Assembly (NCBI GenBank): GCA_016193485.1
Contig: JACPRZ010000012.1
Span: 33,109-97,108, forward strand
DNA length: 64,000 bases
Direction of reading: 5' to 3'
From: Bacteroidota bacterium
GTDB lineage: Bacteria > Bacteroidota > Bacteroidia > JACPRZ01
Part shown: positions 9,050-18,725 of the stretch, in pieces
Layout: every line of letters begins with the position of its first letter
Position numbering within the stretch: position 1 is the stretch's first letter
Made by a program: the position numbers and the translations under genes
Notes under the pieces: model-generated
Databases searched by the model: none
Told to the model about the DNA's origin: nothing
Seen by the model: the letters and a program-made list of their open reading frames with translations, nothing else

Positions 9050-10354
9050 TCACTGCACCCTGACTTTGGTTGTTTCGTTCATCCAGCATCCCACGGTATA
9101 ATCCTGTCCTTCTGCAAGGGACCGGAAAAAAGCGTCCTGCTTTTTCGGGAAATATTGCTGGTATGTGGCTATTTTCCGGTTGGCTTCTTCAGCCACAGAA
9201 CCTTCTGCATTTTTGGCTTGTTGGTACTTGTCCACCGCAATCCAATATACGGTAAGGAGTTCAAATTCATCGGTAAAACAACTTTTTGCGCTGCTGATAT
9301 AAATATCCCCGATGAGCAGGTATGCTTTTCCGCTCACGGAGGAAAAAGTGGCCGTTCTTCTTGCGATATTCCTCGCCTGTTCATTCTGTCCGAGATTTTT
9401 AAAATAATGAAGCGCGAGTTCAAAAAAATATTCACCCTTTTTCGATTGGTCATCTTCATTATCGGCTGCCTGTTGAAGGTAAGTGGTAGCTTTACCGTGC
9501 TGGCCTTTTTCAATAAACAGTTGCCCCAGGTTAAATGCTGCAAAAGCGGATGGTTCCAGCGCATACAACGCTTCACTCACCTCGGAAAACAGCGGCAGCG
9601 ATTTACAGTTTTTTGCGGTTAACATTTTTGCCGCTTTTTTCAACAGCAATGTATCTTTCGGATTTTGTTTTACTTTCGGTTCATAAATAGCGACAATGTC
9701 TTTACAGTCGGCAAACGGGGAAATTATACCGTCAACATTGGTTTTGGCCGATTCATAATATTGCCTGATTTCACCATTGGCGCTGATATTAAAATCAATC
9801 ACAGAACCAGCAAGGTCATACTGTTCGAATAACTTTTCTTTTGTCATTTTACCCGCATTCACCAGTTCGGCAGAAGTTTGAATCCAGGCAACAAGAACCC
9901 CCGCTTCTGGTTTCCTCCCCTGAAGTTCCACTGATTTCTGAAGTACCTGATTGATCTCTTCAAGTTTCGTTTTACGATACTGATACATGTCAACACCTTT
10001 CTTACCGAGTACCAGCCCTTCTTCACCGAAATATTTAATGCGGTTGTCATATATTAACAGGAGGGTATCAATGAGCATTTCTTTTCTTGCCGCATTTTTT
10101 TCATTTTTCAATAAATATTCAACTATTTTTATACCGTCCACGTATGCTTTTTTGCTTGCGCGCGGGCAAATTTCAAAAGCGCTTTTCCAATAAATATACG
10201 CTTCGGTAAAGTTTTTTTCTTTGAGCCGGTCACCATACAGTGAAAGATTACGCAGACACAACTGACTGTCAGCGCCCCATTTGTTTATGTTATCCTGCGA
10301 AAAAACCGGTGACAGCAGGAACTGAAGCGCAAAAATTAATCCTGATATTTTCAT
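9050..10354 (-). CDS. Exported tetratricopeptide-repeat protein
   Basis: Signal peptide from MKISGLIFALQ (ATG 10354), helical TPR-like repeats, and a C-terminus YFPKKQDAFF...GCWMNETTKVR typical of the coaX-lptC cluster. Confidence 0.8.
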   Translation of the reverse strand: MKISGLIFALQFLLSPVFSQDNINKWGADSQLCLRNLSLYGDRLKEKNFTEAYIYWKSAFEICPRASKKAYVDGIKIVEYLLKNEKNAARKEMLIDTLLLIYDNRIKYFGEEGLVLGKKGVDMYQYRKTKLEEINQVLQKSVELQGRKPEAGVLVAWIQTSAELVNAGKMTKEKLFEQYDLAGSVIDFNISANGEIRQYYESAKTNVDGIISPFADCKDIVAIYEPKVKQNPKDTLLLKKAAKMLTAKNCKSLPLFSEVSEALYALEPSAFAAFNLGQLFIEKGQHGKATTYLQQAADNEDDQSKKGEYFFELALHYFKNLGQNEQARNIARRTATFSSVSGKAYLLIGDIYISSAKSCFTDEFELLTVYWIAVDKYQQAKNAEGSVAEEANRKIATYQQYFPKKQDAFFRSLAEGQDYTVGCWMNETTKVRVQ

Positions 10355-10364
10355 ATATGATAGA

Positions 10365-11654
10365 TTAATCAATTTTTTCCCTGATAAACCATTTGTCATT
10401 CATAGATAATATGAAATTCAGCCGAATATAATCATCCCGGTACAGGTTTTTACGGAAGGTACCCGTTCTGCCGAGTTCCAGTGCAAAATTAATTCTTGAA
10501 CGGGATCGCCTTACCGGAAAACCCATTCCAAATGTCATGCCGTTATTCATGATCCTGATACCATGGAGCGAGTATGGAGTTTCATTAAGAAAAATCCCGA
10601 AACGGTATTGGGTCGCCTTCCAGAAACCGTATTCCGATCCGGATGTACCGGGGCTATACTGGACACCGGTTGAATATTGACGGGAATCGCGGTAGGGATA
10701 TGACATAACCGGGGTATAAAACCCGGACCACCGTACAAAAGCGAAGTCACCTTTAAAAATCCAGCGGTTATCTTTCTCAAAAGATAGTCCTGCCCCGAAA
10801 CGTTCCGGCAGCAAAATGCGGGAAATATTATCGGAGTAATATACCGTATCTTTAATATATGAGGTTTGCTGGTCATCAAAATACCGGCTATCCACGCTAT
10901 AAATTATTTTTATGTATTCGTTGCGGATGAGAGTCCTTGGTTCGTAAAAAACACCGGCAGATGATGTCCCTCCCCCTAATGTACCGGTAATGGAACCGCC
11001 AAAAGTAAACATCACATCGCTGAAATTCTGCATGTCGAAACGCAATAACCCGAATGTGTTTCCATAGCCGGATGATTCAAACCGGGTTTTAAGGATTCGG
11101 TAATAATCGCCAAAAAGATAGGATGTGGTGAAACCTGCCGATAATCCTTTGTGGGTAAAAGCGTTCACAAGCGATACCCTGTCCATTTCACCGCTGCCTG
11201 TAGAACTGAAGTTTACAATGCCGGTATTTGGAAAAGACCCTGATGTCCTGATGTTGTAGCCCATCCTGGAATATGGGAAAAAACCGATTCCCGCTTTCCA
11301 CCATCTAAAAACGGGAAACCCGAAAGCAAGGTGAGATAACCACACATGATTGTAGCGGACAGCAGTATCGGATGAATGTTGCAGAAAAGTTTGCCTGCCC
11401 GAAATGCCGGTTTCAAAAATTACCGACTGGGGATTAATGGCTCCCGCAAGGGCGGGATTGGAAAAGTTAATATGTCCGGATGAATAAAGACCGTATGCTT
11501 CACCTCCCATTCCCGATACCTGGCTGCCGGCAGAAAGGTTCATTTCTCCCAATGCATATTGTGAATAAGGAGAAAAAGTGGATTTCTGGGCTACGCAATT
11601 TAGCACCTGAAAAAATATAAAGAGAACTATAGGGATAAAATTTTTTTTATTCAT
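10365..11654 (-). CDS. Outer-membrane beta-barrel protein (FadL-like, conserved in Bacteroidota)
   Basis: SPYSQYALGE, GMGG, NFSNPA, PYSRMGY, GSG, C-terminal NDKWFIREKID. Confidence 0.75.
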   Translation of the reverse strand: MNKKNFIPIVLFIFFQVLNCVAQKSTFSPYSQYALGEMNLSAGSQVSGMGGEAYGLYSSGHINFSNPALAGAINPQSVIFETGISGRQTFLQHSSDTAVRYNHVWLSHLAFGFPVFRWWKAGIGFFPYSRMGYNIRTSGSFPNTGIVNFSSTGSGEMDRVSLVNAFTHKGLSAGFTTSYLFGDYYRILKTRFESSGYGNTFGLLRFDMQNFSDVMFTFGGSITGTLGGGTSSAGVFYEPRTLIRNEYIKIIYSVDSRYFDDQQTSYIKDTVYYSDNISRILLPERFGAGLSFEKDNRWIFKGDFAFVRWSGFYTPVMSYPYRDSRQYSTGVQYSPGTSGSEYGFWKATQYRFGIFLNETPYSLHGIRIMNNGMTFGMGFPVRRSRSRINFALELGRTGTFRKNLYRDDYIRLNFILSMNDKWFIREKID

Positions 11655-12421
11655 CAGAATTTACCGGGAAAATTACAATTCAGAATAATATTCAACCCGT
11701 TGAGCACTAATCCGGGCCGCGCAAAGATGGGTATTTTTGACGAAAATGCTTTTTTCACCCCTTTAAACAGAAATGGCAGATCACCTCCGGTCATCACAAT
11801 AATCAGTCCGGGATGGTTTTTCAGATAGTTAACGATTATTCCGCTGATTTCTGATATGGCGCCATGGAATATACCTGCCCGGATGGAACCTTTAGTCGAT
11901 CGGCCTGTAAGCGGAACAGGTTCCTGAATGGATTCAATCAACGGTAATTTTTCAGTAAAAACGTAAAGGGATGCCGTTCTCATGGCAAGCCCGGGATGTA
12001 TGCTTCCGCCAAAATATTTTTGATCATCTGAAACGAAATCAAACGTGATACAGGTGCCGGCATTAATAACCAGCAGGGATTTCCCGGGAAAATGCGCTGA
12101 AGCCCCGACAACAGCTGCAATCCGGTCAGTGCCCAGGGTATGGGGTGTTTGATATTTTATTTTGACAGGAACCCGTGTTAATCCTGTCATGCGGATAAAG
12201 TGACAACGGGAGGCAAATATTTTTTCAAGGTTACGGGGATGATGAGCCACAGATGAAAGGATGACATTACGGATTGGCTTGTTCCTGCGCAAAAGGGAAC
12301 GCCACCCTTCAAGGGAAACTTTTTTCTTCACGCTCATTTTAATGAGCCGGGAACCTTTGAATATGCCAAATTTGGTCCGGGAATTACCTATATCGATGCA
12401 GAGATTAAGGGCAGATGGCAT
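11654..12421 (-). CDS. coaX: Type III pantothenate kinase
   Basis: IDIGNSRTK, TLGTDR, AGTCITFD, GGSIHPG and TGGD. Confidence 0.92.
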   Translation of the reverse strand: MPSALNLCIDIGNSRTKFGIFKGSRLIKMSVKKKVSLEGWRSLLRRNKPIRNVILSSVAHHPRNLEKIFASRCHFIRMTGLTRVPVKIKYQTPHTLGTDRIAAVVGASAHFPGKSLLVINAGTCITFDFVSDDQKYFGGSIHPGLAMRTASLYVFTEKLPLIESIQEPVPLTGRSTKGSIRAGIFHGAISEISGIIVNYLKNHPGLIIVMTGGDLPFLFKGVKKAFSSKIPIFARPGLVLNGLNIILNCNFPGKF

Positions 12422-12453
12422 GGATTTTAAATATCAATTCATTTGGAGTCAAT

Positions 12454-12461
12454 CAAAGATA
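12454..12461 (-). promoter_or_regulatory. -7 promoter box for the coaX operon
   Basis: TATCTTTG on the minus strand, about 30 nt before the coaX start. Confidence 0.5.
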
Positions 12462-12558
12462 CGATGATTTTTTACCGGGTGTAACAGGAATTTTTCAAAA
12501 TCACACCACAATCGCACTTCCCTGAAAATTTCTACCTTCGCAACCCTAAACCGAAGTT

Positions 12559-12726
12559 ATGAAACGTACTTTTCAGCCGTCACGCATCAAACGAAGGCAC
12601 AAACACGGCTTCCGCAAACGCATGTCCTCGCACTGGGGAAAGAGGGTGCTCAAAGCCCGGAGAAAACGGGGACGCTGGAAACTCACGGTCTCCGATGAAA
12701 AACCGCATAAACGGATCAGGAAGTAA
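12559..12726 (+). CDS. rpmH: 50S ribosomal protein L34
   Basis: 55 aa, absent from the ORF track; translated by hand: [55 protein letters not shown]. Confidence 0.97.
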   Translation: MKRTFQPSRIKRRHKHGFRKRMSSHWGKRVLKARRKRGRWKLTVSDEKPHKRIRK

Positions 12727-12751
12727 GCAGTGCCTTCGCAAAAACCTTCCG

Positions 12752-14680
12752 GTGAAGCGGAGCGTAACTATCTTTGTCTTTTTTCTCTGTTCATACTATT
12801 ATGCGCAAAGTGGGTCTGTGGACTCTCTATTGCATCGTTTGACGGATGCCAAAGGAACTGAAAAAGTTAAAATTCTCAGCGACCTGTGCTGGGAATACCG
12901 CTATTCATCCGTTGATTCTTCCCTGCTTTTCGGTCATAAAGCACTGAAACTTGCCGAGACGCTCAACTACCCTGCAGGAATTGCTCAGACCTGCAATGAC
13001 CTTGGTGTTGTTTATATGATGAAAGGCGATTATGATCTTGCCGTCAAATTATTTTACCGCGCACTGATGTGGCGTAAGGAACTTAACGATTCAACAGGCA
13101 TTGCTGCGGTGTTAAATAAAATCGGAATGATACATAAAGAGAGGGGCAGGTTGGATTCTGCGCTGGCTTGTTTTATCAGCGCCCTTGATATTTATGAAAA
13201 GATAAGGCATACACAGGGTATCGCTCACATGTTGAATAACGTTGCCGTGGTGTACATGCTCCAGCAGAATTACGATTCCGCCCTTGAATATTTTTTTAAG
13301 TCGCTGAAGATAAAGGAAAAACAAAAAGATGATTACGGCATTTCAGGAACACTGCTGAATATCGGGAATATATTTTATTACAAGCGAAGTTACCGGAATG
13401 CGATACCCTATCTTCTATCCGGAATTGAATATGCCAAAAAGGTAAACGAACTCTTATACATCGGACAGGGACTGAATAACATCGGTTCATGTTACCTTGA
13501 ATTACAAGTGTACGATACCGCTTTACAATACCTGACCGAAGCCCTTCCCATCCGTTTGCAATTACAGGATAAAAAAGGTGAGGCATCGACCCTTATAAAT
13601 CTGGCAAATTGCTATCTGCATCTGAAACATTTTTTAAAGGCGGAGCAGTATATGTCGGATGCCCTGAAAATGGCGCAGGAAATAGGGGCAAAACAGGAAA
13701 TCATGAACGCCCATCTGAATCTTTCTCTTTTGTATAATACCACCGGTGAGCAAGAGAAGGCATATGAAGAACATATCGAATATTCAGCAATGCGCGACTC
13801 AATTCTGAATGAAGAACGAAATAACCAGATAGCATCCATGCAGGTTCGTTATGAAACAGAAAAGAAGGAAAAAGAGATTGCCGTCCAGAAGTTGCAGATC
13901 AGCCACCAGCAACTGGCGCTGAACCGCAGAAAAGTAGAAGTGATTTTTCTGTCGGGTATAATTTTGCTGTTGTTTTTTTCGGGATTCTTATTTTACCGCC
14001 AGCAACGGTTAAAGCGCAGGCACCTCCGGGAGGTGGCTCTTATGGAACAAAAGGATATTCACATGAGGGCAATGGTAGAGGGGGAAGAACATGAACGCAG
14101 ACGGCTTGCAGGGGATTTGCATGACGGCCTCGGGCAAATGCTTTCCACCCTTAAAATGAATGTCTCATCCGTTCTGCCGGATAACGGTGCCGTTCCTCCG
14201 GAGGAAAAAGAAAAAACGCTGAACCTGATTGATGAAGCGTGTAATGAACTCCGCTCCGTTTCACACAACCTGATGCCTGCTACTCTCATCAAAGCGGGAT
14301 TGATTCCCGCCCTGCATGAGATCATTGAAAAGATCAATCATACCGGCAACCTGCAGGTTATTCTCATTACCCATGGACTGGAGAAAAGAATGGATAATTC
14401 AAAAGAGATAAATATCTACAGGATCATACAGGAATTGCTCAACAACGGCCTTAAACATTCCGGGGCAACGGAAATCATTGTACAACTGACCCGTGATGAA
14501 AGGGAATTAACCGTCACGGTTGAAGATAATGGAAAGGGATTCGATGTACCCGCTGCCGGTGAAGCCTCGGGTATCGGATGGAAGAATATCCTGTCGCGGA
14601 TTGCTTTTCTGAAAGGCGCTGTTAATGTGGATTCTCAACCCGGTAAAGGAACTACCGTTGCAATGGATGTTCCTTTGTGA
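12752..14680 (+). CDS. TPR-repeat sensor histidine kinase (HisKA_3 type)
   Basis: Periplasmic TPRs, one TM helix, ERRRLAGDLHDGLGQ, IIQELLNNGLKH, EDNGKGF, GIGW. Start moved to GTG 12752 because the track start overlaps rpmH. Confidence 0.88.
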   Translation: MKRSVTIFVFFLCSYYYAQSGSVDSLLHRLTDAKGTEKVKILSDLCWEYRYSSVDSSLLFGHKALKLAETLNYPAGIAQTCNDLGVVYMMKGDYDLAVKLFYRALMWRKELNDSTGIAAVLNKIGMIHKERGRLDSALACFISALDIYEKIRHTQGIAHMLNNVAVVYMLQQNYDSALEYFFKSLKIKEKQKDDYGISGTLLNIGNIFYYKRSYRNAIPYLLSGIEYAKKVNELLYIGQGLNNIGSCYLELQVYDTALQYLTEALPIRLQLQDKKGEASTLINLANCYLHLKHFLKAEQYMSDALKMAQEIGAKQEIMNAHLNLSLLYNTTGEQEKAYEEHIEYSAMRDSILNEERNNQIASMQVRYETEKKEKEIAVQKLQISHQQLALNRRKVEVIFLSGIILLLFFSGFLFYRQQRLKRRHLREVALMEQKDIHMRAMVEGEEHERRRLAGDLHDGLGQMLSTLKMNVSSVLPDNGAVPPEEKEKTLNLIDEACNELRSVSHNLMPATLIKAGLIPALHEIIEKINHTGNLQVILITHGLEKRMDNSKEINIYRIIQELLNNGLKHSGATEIIVQLTRDERELTVTVEDNGKGFDVPAAGEASGIGWKNILSRIAFLKGAVNVDSQPGKGTTVAMDVPL

Positions 14681-14718
14681 AAAGGAAATACCCGCATAAT
14701 TCTTACCTTTGCACCTTC

Positions 14719-15438
14719 ATGACGCGATTAAGCGTAAACATAAACAAAATTGCCCTCATCCGGAATGCTAGGGGGGGGAATGTTCCTGATATCATTAAGG
14801 CGGCAGGCGCCTGCGAACGGTATGGAGCCCAGGGGATCACCGTACATCCGCGCCCTGATGAAAGACATATCAGGTACCATGATGTTCAGGTCCTTAAACC
14901 CGCCATAAAAACCGAACTTAACGTTGAGGGTTTTCCGTCAAAAAAATTCCTGAACCTTGTAAAAAAGATAAAGCCACATCAGGTTACTCTTGTTCCTGAC
15001 CCGCCCGATGCGCTTACGTCCAATGCCGGCTGGGATACCGTGAAAAACGCTTCATTACTGCGCGATACGGTTCAGCAGTTAAAGAGTTGTGGAATACGGA
15101 CTTCCATCTTTATCGGTACTGACCTTAAAATGATAGAACATGCGCGGCATACCGGTACACAGCGGGTAGAGTTATATACAGAACCGTATTCGCGGAATTT
15201 TCATCTCAACAGGAAGAAAGCCATTGCGCCTTTTATCAGGGCGGCAAATCTCGCCAACCAACTTGGCCTCGGGATAAATGCCGGTCATGATCTGAATCTT
15301 GAAAACCTGAACTTCTTTGTCAAAAATATTCCCTTCCTTCATGAGGTCTCCATCGGACATGCCCTTGTTTCGGACGCTCTCTATTACGGGCTCGAAAGAA
15401 CTATCGGGATGTATCTGAAAGAATTGTCTGGCGGATGA
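14719..15438 (+). CDS. pdxJ: Pyridoxine 5'-phosphate synthase
   Basis: LSVNINKIA, GITVHPRPDERHI, VELYTE, NAGHDL, EVSIGHA; TACCTTTG box at 14704-14711. Confidence 0.95.
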   Translation: MTRLSVNINKIALIRNARGGNVPDIIKAAGACERYGAQGITVHPRPDERHIRYHDVQVLKPAIKTELNVEGFPSKKFLNLVKKIKPHQVTLVPDPPDALTSNAGWDTVKNASLLRDTVQQLKSCGIRTSIFIGTDLKMIEHARHTGTQRVELYTEPYSRNFHLNRKKAIAPFIRAANLANQLGLGINAGHDLNLENLNFFVKNIPFLHEVSIGHALVSDALYYGLERTIGMYLKELSGG

Positions 15439-15484
15439 ATGAATTCCGCTTCACCGGAGGGATAAAATACCGTCTTCCTTACCT

Positions 15485-17485
15485 ATGTACTCCCATTCAG
15501 TCCTGAAATTTCTTTCCACCCTGTTCTCCGCTCTTGTTTTTTTGACCGCTCTTCTTGTTCTCCTGGGCTGGCACTTTGATATTGAAATTTTAAAAAGGCC
15601 TCTGCCCGGAACAGTAGCGATGAACCCTGCAACAGCCATCGCTTTTATTACTTCGGCTCTTTCATTTCTGCTTCTAAAGAGAAACAATATTTCATCCGTT
15701 TCAGGGATTACAGGAATTCTATTTGCTGTTATTACGTTTTTAATCGGATCGGTTAAATTGACCGGTATTATATCCGGTACTGATGTTCTAATTGACAGTA
15801 CCCTCTACCATGATAAACTTCTCATAGAATTCAGTAACCAGCCGGCTAACCGCATGGCGCCCAACACTGCTTTTTGTTTTGTACTGGTTGCGGTTGGATT
15901 ACTGACGTTTAAAACAAGTTCACATCGGAAAATTCTACTCCCGCAATACTTTGCTCTCACGGTTGCCCTGGTTGCCTGGTTATCGGTTCTCGGATATTTA
16001 TATGATGTAAAAGAATTTTATGGCGTGCTGCACTATATACCAATGGCAATTCATACCGCTTTGTGCTTTCTGTTCATGGCGCTGTCTCTCCTGATTTGCT
16101 ATCCGGACAAAGGTTTCGTCAGTGAATTCAATACACCGTTCGCGGGGTCTCTTATTGCCCGTATGCTTATCCCTGCGGCTGTACTGGTACCCGTTCTTCT
16201 CGGTTTTATTCGTCTTTATGGATACCGCACCGGATTATTTTCCACCGAACTTGGCGTTGCCCTCCTTGTACTTTTCATCACCATTATTTTTCTGGTACTT
16301 ATATGGTATAATACCCGCCTGCTTAACAGGCGTGATGCCGCGAAACTTTCCTTTGAACAGCGGCTCAGCGAATCAAATGAAAAATTCCTTAAACTTTTTT
16401 ACAATAGCCCGGCAGCAATGGCTATTACCGAATTGCTCAGCGGTAAGTTCCTTGAAGTCAATGAAGCGTATATGCACCTGACAGGATATACCCAAAGGGA
16501 AATTATCGGGAAAACATCCATTGACCTTGGATTGATCTCAGTTGAATACCGGGAACAGATCAGGACAAAAGTACTGGAAATGAAATCGGTGAGAAATATC
16601 GAGATTGTAATCATTAATTCAAAAAAGGAACCGGTACCTGTTCTCCTTGCTGTAGATATCATCCGTATCGGGAAAAATGACTGCATGTTATCCTCATTGC
16701 TCGACATAACCGGCATAAAAAGAGCGGAAAGGGAGATAAAGGAATTGAACAGGGAACTCGAAAAAAATATCCGGAATCTTGAAGAAGCAAACAAGGAACT
16801 TGATTCCTTCTCCTATTCTGTATCACACGACCTGAGGGCGCCACTGCGCGCCATATACGGTTATTGCGGGATATTACTCGGTGATTTCGGAGCGAAAGTT
16901 GATTCGGAAATGAAGCGGCTGCTGGAAATCGTTTCGGAGAACGCGAAAAAAATGGGTCGCCTGATTGACGATCTCCTTGCTTTTTCACGCCTGTCAAAAA
17001 AAGAAATTGTCCGGAAAGATATTGATATGAATGAAATTGTTAAAAATGTAATTGATGAAATCAGGTCCCAATACCGGGAAAGTAATGCAGAATGGAAAAT
17101 CAGTGACCTTACTCCTGCCTTAGCCGATCCATCCCTGATAAAACAGGTATGGCTGAATCTGGTATCCAACGCTGTAAAATATTCACGGCATCGGTCAAAC
17201 CCGGAAATTGAAATCGGATGCAGACGGCAAAATGACGAAATAATCTATTTCATCAGGGATAACGGGGTGGGTTTTGACATGCGTTATGCCGGTAAATTAT
17301 TCGGTGTGTTTCAACGTCTGCATGGCGCTGATGAATTTGAAGGAACCGGTGTGGGACTTGCCATTGTAAAACGGATAATAACCCGGCATAAGGGTACGGT
17401 TTGGGCCGAGGCAAAAGAAGGGGAAGGATCATCATTTTATTTTTCCCTTAACGCAGAATCTCCAGCCGGACAGAATCAAATTTAA
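15485..17485 (+). CDS. Membrane PAS-domain sensor histidine kinase
   Basis: Multi-TM N-terminus (MNPATA, MAPNTA, MAIHTA), PAS domain, FSYSVSHDLRAPLR, NLVSNAVKY, DNGVGF, GTGVGL. Confidence 0.9.
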   Translation: MYSHSVLKFLSTLFSALVFLTALLVLLGWHFDIEILKRPLPGTVAMNPATAIAFITSALSFLLLKRNNISSVSGITGILFAVITFLIGSVKLTGIISGTDVLIDSTLYHDKLLIEFSNQPANRMAPNTAFCFVLVAVGLLTFKTSSHRKILLPQYFALTVALVAWLSVLGYLYDVKEFYGVLHYIPMAIHTALCFLFMALSLLICYPDKGFVSEFNTPFAGSLIARMLIPAAVLVPVLLGFIRLYGYRTGLFSTELGVALLVLFITIIFLVLIWYNTRLLNRRDAAKLSFEQRLSESNEKFLKLFYNSPAAMAITELLSGKFLEVNEAYMHLTGYTQREIIGKTSIDLGLISVEYREQIRTKVLEMKSVRNIEIVIINSKKEPVPVLLAVDIIRIGKNDCMLSSLLDITGIKRAEREIKELNRELEKNIRNLEEANKELDSFSYSVSHDLRAPLRAIYGYCGILLGDFGAKVDSEMKRLLEIVSENAKKMGRLIDDLLAFSRLSKKEIVRKDIDMNEIVKNVIDEIRSQYRESNAEWKISDLTPALADPSLIKQVWLNLVSNAVKYSRHRSNPEIEIGCRRQNDEIIYFIRDNGVGFDMRYAGKLFGVFQRLHGADEFEGTGVGLAIVKRIITRHKGTVWAEAKEGEGSSFYFSLNAESPAGQNQI

Positions 17486-18719
17486 TGAATAGAAAAAGCA
17501 GGATGGTAAATCCCCATAGAGAAGATCCTCCATAACTGATAAAAGGCAATGGAATCCCAATTACCGGTGCAAGCCCCATGGTCATTCCCATATTGACCGC
17601 AAAATGGAAAAAGAGAACGGATGCAACACAATATCCGTAAATACGGCTGAATTTTGACCGTTGCCTCTCTGCAATAAAAATGATGCGTGCAAGAAGCGCC
17701 ACAAACAATCCAATGGTGAGCAATGAACCGAGGAAGCCCCACTCTTCCCCAATGGTGCAGAAAATAAAATCGGTGCTTTGCTCCGGCACAAAATCATATT
17801 TGGTTTGCGTTCCCTGCAAAAATCCCTTTCCTGTAAATCCGCCCGAACCGATGGCAATAAGCGACTGATTTACATTATAACCGACCCCTTTTATATCTCT
17901 TTCCGTTCCGAGCAACACATTGATACGCGAACGCTGGTGCGGTTCAAGGATGTTGTTGAAAGCATAATCCACCGAATAAATTAATCCTGAAGAAATGGCT
18001 AATGCTAAAAGAATAACCACTACACTCTGCCTGCTCCTGCGAAAGAAGAAAATACCGGAAAGGGCAAAAAAGCCAAGTACTCCAATCAGAATAAATTTAT
18101 TGAACAGCAATGCTAAAAGAAAAAGCATAATGATAAAAACCCCAGTCCATAAATAACGGCTTGATAATCCTTCCCGGTAAAGTACGAGCAGAAGGGACGA
18201 ATAAATCAAAGCCGAACCGGCATCCGGCTGCAGCAATATGAGTAAAGGCGGAATTGCAATGATTGCAGATGAGGTGATTTTTGTCCGGTTTTCCTCAATT
18301 TTCACCCGGAGCCCGCTGAGGTATTTTGCCAGGGCGAGGCAGGTGGCGAACTTTGCAAATTCAGAGGGCTGAAGGCGGAAAGGACCTATTTCGAACCATG
18401 ATTTGGAACCGGCAATCTCTTTTCCGAAAATAACCACTGCAATCAGCAGAAGACAGACAATGCCGTAAACGAGGTATGGAAAAGTAAGGTAAAATCGGAA
18501 ATCAATCAGCATTACTGTCAGGGCGAGAATAAACCCGGTCACGATCCACAGTGCCTGCTTTCCGTAATTCTGTGAAATATCGAATATGCTGCCGTGATCT
18601 TCATTATATACAGCGGCATAGATGTTCATCCAGCCGAAAAAGACAAGGACAAGATAGAGCCAGATCATTATCCAGTCGGCATTACCGAATATGCCTCTGT
18701 TGGGACGCATGGGAAACAA
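17448..18719 (-). CDS. rodA: Rod shape-determining protein RodA
   Basis: LQPSEFAK, LQPDAGS, SLIAIGSGG, PEQSTDFIF and GIPLPFISYGGSS; follows mrdA. Confidence 0.93.
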   Translation of the reverse strand: MFPMRPNRGIFGNADWIMIWLYLVLVFFGWMNIYAAVYNEDHGSIFDISQNYGKQALWIVTGFILALTVMLIDFRFYLTFPYLVYGIVCLLLIAVVIFGKEIAGSKSWFEIGPFRLQPSEFAKFATCLALAKYLSGLRVKIEENRTKITSSAIIAIPPLLILLQPDAGSALIYSSLLLVLYREGLSSRYLWTGVFIIMLFLLALLFNKFILIGVLGFFALSGIFFFRRSRQSVVVILLALAISSGLIYSVDYAFNNILEPHQRSRINVLLGTERDIKGVGYNVNQSLIAIGSGGFTGKGFLQGTQTKYDFVPEQSTDFIFCTIGEEWGFLGSLLTIGLFVALLARIIFIAERQRSKFSRIYGYCVASVLFFHFAVNMGMTMGLAPVIGIPLPFISYGGSSLWGFTILLFLFIKFDSVRLEILR

Positions 18720-18725
18720 GGGTTT

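Noticed and set aside
12695..12751. ORF-track start of the TPR histidine kinase
   Set aside because: It overlaps the clear rpmH gene; GTG 12752 gives a plausible signal sequence.
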